Shown in pieces: positions 29,153 to 37,900 of a DNA stretch of 64,000 nt. Positions within the stretch are counted from its first letter, which is position 1. Each line of letters starts with the position of its first letter. This DNA comes from an uncultured Cellvibrio sp. (GTDB lineage: Bacteria > Pseudomonadota > Gammaproteobacteria > Pseudomonadales > Cellvibrionaceae): the NCBI GenBank assembly GCA_937958105.1, contig CALFXJ010000038.1:55555-119554 (forward strand), written 5' to 3'. Position numbers and translations under genes: made by a program. The notes under the pieces were generated by a model. The model had not been told where the DNA came from. It ran no database searches and was given only the letters and a program-made list of their open reading frames with translations.

Positions 29153-30046
29153 TGACCAAGTAAGCTGTTTGGTAGTAAGCCATGTTTTGATGGTGGCTTC
29201 TTCGGTATCCTGTTTCTGATATGTGCCTTCGATGAATTTATAATGACGCACAACTTCTTTTTTGAGTTCAAATCCTTTTATGGGATCTTCCTGTAAACGA
29301 GATTCGTATCGTTTACGCCAAACCAAAATATCAAGCTCCTCATCTCCATCAAAATCATCAAAATAAACTTTTGCATAAGCTCGACGACCTACCCCACCAA
29401 TACGCCCCAACGCATCAGAAAGGTATTGCACTTTGCTGCCCGGAGGTGCCTCCACAGAATCTTGCAGGGCCAATCGGGCAGAAAATTCAATGGCAGCAGA
29501 CTGCGGAGAAAACAGTATCCAATCAAGTTGCTGGTCATTCTTTCCCATGTAAATAACCAAACTATCCTTGCCATTATTTTCCAAAGCACCATATCGCAAA
29601 GGCGTATTCGCCAAGCAACCTAATGAGCTCGTATTAAGTAAACGTTCATGAGCATATAAATGCCAAACATCACCCTCTGAGGCACCTTCCATGTCATAAA
29701 TAGACGCAACTTCTTTATCGATTAACTCGGTAGGCCAGCGAGTGAGGAGCCAGCCCGGATTAAACTGCTTTGTATTTACGTTAAAAAATACCACCCTACC
29801 GTCTGCCTTTAATGCATAGTATTCACCATCAATATCAGATTGAATAAAAGCTAGCGGTGACGAAGTATTTTCTGGGCAAGGATTATTCCATCCACAAAAA
29901 GACGCTGCATACGGCAAGCTTGTGGCTGCAAGATCCATAATGGTTTGGTCATTAACGCTGACTCCCTTTTCCAGTTGGATTTGGGAATATACCGATGAGC
30001 AGGACAAAAGAAAGCTTATTGAAAATATATACAATATTGATTTCAT
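29054..30046 (-). CDS. Exported partner protein, paralog 1 (putative immunity protein of the full-length effector)
   Basis: Signal peptide MKSILYIFSISFLLSCSSVYSQ; GGAG RBS right after the upstream stop; paralog of 25792-26841. Confidence 0.8.
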   Translation of the reverse strand: MKSILYIFSISFLLSCSSVYSQIQLEKGVSVNDQTIMDLAATSLPYAASFCGWNNPCPENTSSPLAFIQSDIDGEYYALKADGRVVFFNVNTKQFNPGWLLTRWPTELIDKEVASIYDMEGASEGDVWHLYAHERLLNTSSLGCLANTPLRYGALENNGKDSLVIYMGKNDQQLDWILFSPQSAAIEFSARLALQDSVEAPPGSKVQYLSDALGRIGGVGRRAYAKVYFDDFDGDEELDILVWRKRYESRLQEDPIKGFELKKEVVRHYKFIEGTYQKQDTEEATIKTWLTTKQLTWSKGYPSKSECPGQTDQLIPEMHDPLLNDPDVLQ

Positions 30047-30059
30047 CAAATTACTCCAG

Positions 30060-33000
30060 TCATTGACAAGCTATTCTTCCGACAGCAGGATTAAGCATAC
30101 TTCCTATAGCAGCTGTCCGCACGTCGGCATATCTTCGCCCGGCCATCCACTCCTTCTCCCCATAGGCGAAACACCATTCAGGCTGCCCCGCATTGAGATG
30201 CGGCTGGCCGGTAACCGGGTCTGTCTGGGGATATCGAGCGCCCACCCAAATATAGGTAACAAATGGTAAATAACCACCGATATCTGCTTGAATCGTCCAA
30301 CTTTGTTGCTTGACACCTAGCCAGTAACCAAAATGGGTGGGGGAGAAATTGCCTGCCGGAGTGCGACGCGGCATACCTTGCAAAGCAGTAAAATATGAGT
30401 TGTTTCGTAGGTTGTTAGCATTGGCACCTTGATTATAAGCAATTACCGCTTTACCCAAGAGGTTGTAACCATCGTCGTGAGTGCTATTAAAAGCAATCCA
30501 GTTAGCTTGGTTACCGGCGCGAGAACATCGCGGACCGACCATATCGCCAGGTGCGGTTGTTTCATAACAGTATGACAGCGGAGTGTTTTGCTGAGGATGG
30601 GCAACCACATAATCAGGGGTAGTTTGGCCCTGTGTTGTGATGTAAGCGTTGTATAAACCTCGTGAGTATGTACAGGCACTGTCGGAAGCCGCAGCGAGAA
30701 ACGCCAGCGCACTGTTTACCGGGTGGTAAAGATTAATATTTTCCACGCCATTGGTCAGGAAACCTCGATTGGATTCACAACTGTTTTCCGCCCCGTACAT
30801 ACGTTTCCAAACAATGTGGTTATAACCCATACTACCCTCTTCATCTCCACCCCCTTCGTTAATACGGTAGGGGCTAGGTTGGTAATTGGAGATATTGTTA
30901 CCCCAGAAAATTGCACCATTACCAACCTCTTGGAGTATCCATGATTTGAATACTCCCTCACGAGCAATGCCTTGGGCAACTTGGGGGAACTCAGCGACGA
31001 TATCGTCATGGATTGCTTGCGTGTACGTTGCCTCTAATGTGTAGGTAGCAGGTAAATTACCCGAGTAAGGTATGTCGCCGCCCTGATCCGCTAACTGTTC
31101 GATATCCACCCAAAGACTTGCGGGAAGTTGCCGATAAGTAAACACAGGATGTGCTGCATACGTTTCCACAGCCCGAAAATAATGGGACCAAATCCGTTGC
31201 AAGCGTCTCAAGGTAACATTGTTCACAATACCGCTTACATCAGTTGTTGTATTAGTGCCTGCTAAATCGTTGATATTGACATTCCTGGCCTGAAACCGAC
31301 GAATCATACCCTCCAAAGAAACTTGTCCTACCAGACATTGGGCACCCCATCCGTAGTAATACATACCCCTATTGTCAGCAGGAGCTCCCTGACAATTTTG
31401 AGTCCAGTTACTTAACCCGCTGCCATTTCGAGAAGAGTTTATCCTCGCTCCCAAGTATCCTGAGTTGTAGTTTGGATTCGCTCCATACTGCGGACTAATC
31501 CCCAACTGCCACAACATCGCCTCCAGCATCGCCACATCACTGCCTTCCATCGGATCAGCCGGGTCTGGCCTCAGTTCGCGGGTCTTGATATGGAAAGTCT
31601 GCTCATAAGTGCGCGGAACACGGTTGCCTCCAGAGCTGGAGGGGATGGTGTAATGTGCTTTCAGGCTAGCTTCAACACCTGTATCAGCCGTTTGCGTACC
31701 CGCCCAGTTGGACCAGTCCACGTTCGTGGTACCTGCCATGGGTGGTGCAGGTTGGTCCGTCAGGGGTTCCCAATACACATCGGCGGTGTCACCGGGTGGG
31801 ATGTTGGTTTGTTTGTAAACTACACCCGCATCAACAACCGTGCACTGCCCTTGCGGATCATCAACCCCATAGCCCTGGCAGTAGCGGCCACGTTTGTTGA
31901 TGGTCCAGTCGACGTAGGTAATTTCTGTACCGGCAAGTGATGGCGGTATATAACGATAACGCAAGCGCATGCCACCCAAGGTACGTACTACCGGGTCCTG
32001 AACCGGCATAACACCGGAACCCGCTTCACCCGGCTCAAGCAGGCTCAGGATTTCAATATCCGTTTCCACAACCCCGTTGCGGGTTTCCGTGTTGCCCGGC
32101 ACCTGGTAATACACATGCAACCCGTTGCGGGTGAAGGCCCACTCCCACAATGTATTCCCAGCGTCGTGGTTGAGGTACAAACGGATCGTGAGCAGATCAG
32201 TCGGGTCGAGATAATCAAGTTGCTCAAGATTGTCAAAACGAATTTCGCCCGTGTCTGTCACGGTAACCTTGAGTTCATGAGCACCAAGACTCATCACCAG
32301 TTCCTGTTCGCCCTCAATAGCGGTAAGGCGTGGAACGGTTTGTTGTACCAACGAATAAAACACGGAGACCAGATCATCGTCGCTGCGAATGGTGGGGATC
32401 TTGCCGTCGATTAATTGTTCCGTCAGTAATTCCTGTTCGTGGGCTTGGCCGCTTTCATCGGTATACTCACGCAGGATGCTATCGATCTCCAATTGGAACT
32501 GACTGAACTGGTATTCAGGGCGGTAGGTCCAGCCGTAGCTGGGCAAGGGCTTGGTCGGTTCGGTATCAATGACTTCCGCATCGTAGGCTTTCCTGGCCTG
32601 ATTCCAGGCAGAGAAGACTTGCCATTCCTTATCTTCGTCGTGTAACGGCACAAGGAAGGGAGTCAGCACGCGGGGGCGGTACTGCATCATATCCGAGGCA
32701 GCCGCGCCCCCCATGTCAAAACTGGGATTTTCGTCCTTCGGGGTGCCGGATACGTGGATGTAATAGTGTTCCGGCACCGTCAGGTTACTCCTGACCTGCA
32801 GAACTTGCATATTACGCCCTGCGGCAATGGGAAAGTTGGACAGGTCATTGTCCGTCACTGCCTGAATAAGATTGGGCGTTACGATCTTGGCCAAACGTCC
32901 AGTTAGACCATATTGCTCGCCGTGGTCTACACTCAATCCTTCCGGCAAAGGACGGCCATCATGATCAAACCATTCGGTGTAGATGGTAATGCGATCATCC

Positions 33001-34964
33001 GATACCCGGCCTGCGCCTTCCGCGCCAATAATATTATTCCGGCTTTCCCGCTGACGGGTTAAGCCGTTGTCATGCGTATAATCGCGCTCCGCCCAGACTT
33101 TCAGGTTCGGCGGTCGCAGGACAATGTCTTTTACCGGCACATTTAAGTAGCCACCGGGATTTCGGCTGGCATCGCTTAGCTGAACACGTTGGGTATCCAT
33201 GTAGCCGGTAGCGCGATTAATAACAACCAGGCGTATCCACTCGCCGGGTTTCAAATGATCCGACTCCTGGCTTTGGAATGAAGCAGTTAGTTTATTGCGT
33301 GAGGCCCAGTCGTCCCAACTACCGGAACGATTTGTGCCACCTATATTGAGATTACCGTCGCGCGGGCCGCGCAGCATGACCCGGTAGAAGACGTTGTCAT
33401 CGCCCTGCCCCATCCCCACTTGAGCACGCCCGTCAATCTCCGCATCGCGCAATCCCCTCCGCTCCATCACCAACTGGCCGGTAGATTCACGGAATACGAG
33501 AATGTCCGTGTTTTTAAAATCATCTTCGCTGATGCTGCTGAGAAGACCGTTGCTTTTGAATGCATTGCTTCCTTCGCGTTTTTTTTCTCTGTCGGCTTGA
33601 CGTATAACATTTGGCTGGCCAGTTGTTCCTCTCGAACTAAAATAAACGCCTTGGACACTGCCTGCGGGATCAGCCTCAAATATCGTTTCCACACTTCCAT
33701 CCGGTTGTGGTTGTTGCACCAGTTTACCCAAGACAGCCGTGTCGGGCTTTCCATCACCATCAAAGTCATAAAACGCTTGCGCGACAGGCGTAACAGAAGA
33801 CGCCTGCACTACATACTCAGTCGTATCTCCAATCGGAATAGGCACAACCGAGCCAGGTGTTCCCCCCGGATTGCCAATCAATATACGCCCAGTCAGAAAC
33901 ATTACATCCACCCGCAAATCAATGGCGTAATTGGGTGTGGACATGGTGGCAAGTGAGGCTATCGTATTAGTGTAGGCCATGGCGCCGCCCAGGCTCATGT
34001 CATACATTGCAGCGCCGTTACAATAGCTCCAATCCTGCCGACGCAGATAGTAAGGCAACACCGGTGCACCATTTGGGCTGAAGTTGGTGTAATAAAGTTC
34101 CGCCCATACATCCGTAGTGTGTTCAAAACTGAAACCCGGGCATGGAGGCAAACGAAAATTAAGACGGTACTTTCCCTCTCTGTCGGTCACATCCACGCCG
34201 CCCGGATAAACCCATTCATCCACATACACTTTTACGAATGGAACTGGCCCAAAAATTTGGTCTTCAGATCCGCGTGTGTAGCCTCCATAAAAGTCCTGTG
34301 CCTCTTTGGGATCTCCGAAGAAGCCGGACCGGGGCGCAATATTAAGATGTGAAAAAGCTATAATTCGCCCCTGCTCGTTCATGACAAGACTGACAGCATC
34401 ATCCGGTGGTGATGGCTGCGTAAGGTCAACACTGAAGGACATTAATATCAGTTGATCCGGGGCTGTCGTCAGGCGGTTACTGCGCCCGCGGACCAGCACA
34501 CTCTTCTGATGCTCCAACAATCCTGGTTTGTCAATAGATTCGCCACTTACCGTTAAAAAGTTGGCTTGCTTGTATTGTTCCCCACTCAACAATTGCGCGT
34601 CTTGCGCCAGAGGATTGCTAGGACGCTCAGTAAACTCTTTCCATCGATTATATTCACTTGTGTATTCGTAGGCGCTGATGATTTGTAGACGGTCAACCTT
34701 GTCCGCATATTCCCCCAAAGCCACTTCACCAGCCTCGGATCCATCCTCGTTGTACTGAACAAGGATAGGTTGACCTTTCTCATCCAAGGCCATTGCACGG
34801 GCCATCACTGCACCGTGTTTATAAACCTGGTTCTGGTAATAAGCAATCGCAAAGACAGTGTGTGCAGATAGCGTCAATGCAACCGCAACAGCAAACCGGT
34901 AAACAGGCGGTATACATTCCTTAACTAACTTCATTTTCATGTGGTTATGGTTCCCTGACATCAT
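30060..34964 (-). CDS. Large Sec-exported modular protein: ~940-aa N-terminal stalk + C-terminal PG-binding/lytic-transglycosylase-like module (putative polymorphic muralytic effector)
   Basis: Signal peptide (RFAVAVALTLSAHTVFA); GSDVAMLEAMLWQLG...IRRFQARN...SGIVNNVTL (PG_binding_1-like); SWILQE / GSMGYNHI / IAYNQG (SLT-like motifs I-III). Confidence 0.75.
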   Translation of the reverse strand: MMSGNHNHMKMKLVKECIPPVYRFAVAVALTLSAHTVFAIAYYQNQVYKHGAVMARAMALDEKGQPILVQYNEDGSEAGEVALGEYADKVDRLQIISAYEYTSEYNRWKEFTERPSNPLAQDAQLLSGEQYKQANFLTVSGESIDKPGLLEHQKSVLVRGRSNRLTTAPDQLILMSFSVDLTQPSPPDDAVSLVMNEQGRIIAFSHLNIAPRSGFFGDPKEAQDFYGGYTRGSEDQIFGPVPFVKVYVDEWVYPGGVDVTDREGKYRLNFRLPPCPGFSFEHTTDVWAELYYTNFSPNGAPVLPYYLRRQDWSYCNGAAMYDMSLGGAMAYTNTIASLATMSTPNYAIDLRVDVMFLTGRILIGNPGGTPGSVVPIPIGDTTEYVVQASSVTPVAQAFYDFDGDGKPDTAVLGKLVQQPQPDGSVETIFEADPAGSVQGVYFSSRGTTGQPNVIRQADREKKREGSNAFKSNGLLSSISEDDFKNTDILVFRESTGQLVMERRGLRDAEIDGRAQVGMGQGDDNVFYRVMLRGPRDGNLNIGGTNRSGSWDDWASRNKLTASFQSQESDHLKPGEWIRLVVINRATGYMDTQRVQLSDASRNPGGYLNVPVKDIVLRPPNLKVWAERDYTHDNGLTRQRESRNNIIGAEGAGRVSDDRITIYTEWFDHDGRPLPEGLSVDHGEQYGLTGRLAKIVTPNLIQAVTDNDLSNFPIAAGRNMQVLQVRSNLTVPEHYYIHVSGTPKDENPSFDMGGAAASDMMQYRPRVLTPFLVPLHDEDKEWQVFSAWNQARKAYDAEVIDTEPTKPLPSYGWTYRPEYQFSQFQLEIDSILREYTDESGQAHEQELLTEQLIDGKIPTIRSDDDLVSVFYSLVQQTVPRLTAIEGEQELVMSLGAHELKVTVTDTGEIRFDNLEQLDYLDPTDLLTIRLYLNHDAGNTLWEWAFTRNGLHVYYQVPGNTETRNGVVETDIEILSLLEPGEAGSGVMPVQDPVVRTLGGMRLRYRYIPPSLAGTEITYVDWTINKRGRYCQGYGVDDPQGQCTVVDAGVVYKQTNIPPGDTADVYWEPLTDQPAPPMAGTTNVDWSNWAGTQTADTGVEASLKAHYTIPSSSGGNRVPRTYEQTFHIKTRELRPDPADPMEGSDVAMLEAMLWQLGISPQYGANPNYNSGYLGARINSSRNGSGLSNWTQNCQGAPADNRGMYYYGWGAQCLVGQVSLEGMIRRFQARNVNINDLAGTNTTTDVSGIVNNVTLRRLQRIWSHYFRAVETYAAHPVFTYRQLPASLWVDIEQLADQGGDIPYSGNLPATYTLEATYTQAIHDDIVAEFPQVAQGIAREGVFKSWILQEVGNGAIFWGNNISNYQPSPYRINEGGGDEEGSMGYNHIVWKRMYGAENSCESNRGFLTNGVENINLYHPVNSALAFLAAASDSACTYSRGLYNAYITTQGQTTPDYVVAHPQQNTPLSYCYETTAPGDMVGPRCSRAGNQANWIAFNSTHDDGYNLLGKAVIAYNQGANANNLRNNSYFTALQGMPRRTPAGNFSPTHFGYWLGVKQQSWTIQADIGGYLPFVTYIWVGARYPQTDPVTGQPHLNAGQPEWCFAYGEKEWMAGRRYADVRTAAIGSMLNPAVGRIACQ
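32047..32142. repeat. 96-bp homology anchor, copy 1 (internal to the effector gene)
   Basis: Encodes WAFTRNGLHVYYQVPGNTETRNGVVETDIEIL; 92/96 identical to 28789-28884. Confidence 0.95.
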
Positions 34965-37900
34965 TGCTGCAGTGCACTGCGCAATTGCTGTAACGTTTTT
35001 GTGCCGTCTACAACATCTTGTAGAAGCGGCTGCTGGGAAAGATCAACTAATGCATAGCCTATGTAATCCAGTGTATTGATCTGGACCTTTCCTACACTTA
35101 TTATCCTGTAGTTTTCGATCTGCCCGATACCAACTGGCTCGATAACTTCTCGATCCGGGTTGTAACCCAGCAACACAACATATTTTATTTCCGGAGAAAT
35201 GTAATCGTAGGTGCCGGCTAGCATCGGGACTTTAATGTCGATACTAATGGGATTTTCCACCGCAACTCCCCGCGGCTGGCCAGCGAACATCCACTGCGGC
35301 CAAGCACCGGGAGTTACAGCTGCATTAAGCTGGCTGTAAGGCATGAATTGCACCTGCAGATTGCCGGAGGTCCGGCCGTTTTTAAACAATAATCTGGCTC
35401 CGGTTAAATCCAGCCGTAATTCATCGCCTGCCAGGCTGACGAGCCCCTGATCGGCGCTGATTAACTGGAACGGGATATCAGGGTGAAGCTCTGGTAAGCG
35501 TGACAAGCTGATTTCATTCTTGCGTCCTTGTTGCAGGTTAATAGTTCGCACCTGTGTCCCGTATCCCGGCACGGCAAAATCGGGATTAATGATCAGCTCA
35601 TGACGGCCACCAGGAATTTCATTACCAGCAGCCTCTTGAAAGCCAAAGGCAAAGCTGCCGTCATTATTTGTCGTGGTGGTGCGATTAAGAGACGTCAGCT
35701 TTACCGGCACTCCTGATAACGGCTGGCCGAATTGATCAACTACACCACCGATAATAAAAGTAGGCAGCTGACGTATTTTGAAATTGAATCGACCCAGTTC
35801 GTTACCATCGTAGATTACATCTACATAAACATCTGCATTAAAGCCGAAATGACGATTCGCGTAATATGCAAAACTCTGGTTGCCAGGTAAAACAGACACT
35901 GCACCTGGGACTATCTCGTTGTCGCGGTGCACTTCCTGAAGCTGATAGCCCTGCGCGGTCAGGAAATCAGCACCGGATGGATCAAGATTCAAGTAGGTAT
36001 TACCATGCAGCGTTTCACTGACCGTTATCGTCAATTTGGAAGGATCGATCGCTTTATTGAAGTAAAGCTCAACAGGCTGGTTTGGCTCGCGGTTATTTGC
36101 GTTATTCTCGGGCGAGTAGCGTACCAGTTCCACCGGTATCGCTGTCTCATCAGTCACTCGTACCTGACGCGTCGTAGACGCAACGATTATATTCTGTGCG
36201 TTTAAGACTTGATAATTGAGCGTGTATGTACCAGCTTGTGGAGGAACTGTAACGTCTCCGCTGGCCAAGGTCCCAACAACGGTCAGCTCTGTTTGTTGAG
36301 TATTTACTACAACTACTACACGATGCCCTTCACCGATTTCCGTAAGTCGAGCTGCAGCCTGGACTTTTATGGGATCACCTCGCCCCAGAAGCTCGGCATT
36401 TTCACCAGGCAATAACGGTGTAATCGAGGCTTGTGCTGTGGATTGAAAAATATATGCCACACTGGTCCGGTTGCCACTTATGTCGTACGCATTAAAGACC
36501 AATTGGGCTTGTGCGCCCGCGGCTAAAGATACAGGCAGGGTGAAGTCGTATTGGCCGACGCTTGCTCCCGGGCGTAATACCAGGGGCTGGTCATTAACAG
36601 TGATGCTGGACAGATTGTCATCACTTACTGTGCCATTTACAACGAAGGGTGATTGGATAACATTGTTAACTGCAGGGCTGGGCTGCAGGCTTGCATCAAG
36701 TATTAGCCGTGGCGGTGTACCGTCACGATGATACTGCGCAACAAGCCTGGAGGTCTTACCAAGTGCATCGCGAGCTTCAACCGTCACATCGACAGTGTCT
36801 ATGCCTTCAGGAAACGAAATTACCTGTTCGAAATAATAATCCTGCAAATTACCGGCTGGGGCAGAAACCGCCATACCATTTACTGTCACCTCAGCGAAAC
36901 CCGCGTGACTAATGACTCGCCCTTTGAAGCGAAAACTGCTATCGCGCAACTGGCTGCCATTAGCAGGCGCGACTATCGAGAGCCTAGGCTCCTCAATAGC
37001 ATCCGGATCTTCCGGTGTGTAGGTAATCGTCAATGTTTGAGAGTCTGCACCAGCAAGCGACTCAACCCGCAGAACAAATACATTCTGTCCTTGTTGCAGG
37101 CGAATATCTGGCAAAGCGAAAGCATATAAGCCTTCCTGACCGGTACCATCCGGGGTTATCTGCCATTCGTTAATGTAAAAACGTATAGCATCCAGAGCTA
37201 ACAGGGTCTCCACCTGGCCCTTGATAGTCACGGTTTCTTCGGATATTACCGCACCATTAGCAGGGGAAATATTTACGAGACGCGGCGGGGAACTACGTTG
37301 CACCTGATGAGTAGCCTGAGTCATATTGCCAGAAAAATCCGCTGCCACCACTGTCAGCAGATTCATCCCGACCGCCAGCGGTACTTCCGCCATAAACTGA
37401 TTCGCTGTAATTGTTGCTGTAACAGCTGATGCAGGAAACCGGTCCGAGGTTACAGTCACGCTTTGAATACCGCTGTATGGCTGAGCCGGATCAGATACAG
37501 ACCCTCGCAATACAACTGTGGGGGATTGCACCATTTCATCGGGGGTATTGGATATTTGCAGTAATGGAGCAACACGATCCGGGTAATCGTTAACATCGTC
37601 AGGATTGGTCCCTGCTTGAAGTTCTTCTTCATTGGAAAAGCCGTCACCATCACGATCCGGGTCGCTGTTATCACCGATACCATCACCATCCATATCAGAT
37701 GATTCATTGGGATCATCCGGGAATGCATCTTCATCATCAGGAATACCGTCGCCATCACGATCGGGTTTTGAATATTTGATATTCAACGATTGGCTAACAC
37801 TACCATCCGGTGAAGTTGCTTCTAACGTTAATACGTTATTTCCTTCCTGCAGCATCACCAAGAAAGAGAATAAATAAGCCCCAGCGGTGCCAGACAGGGG

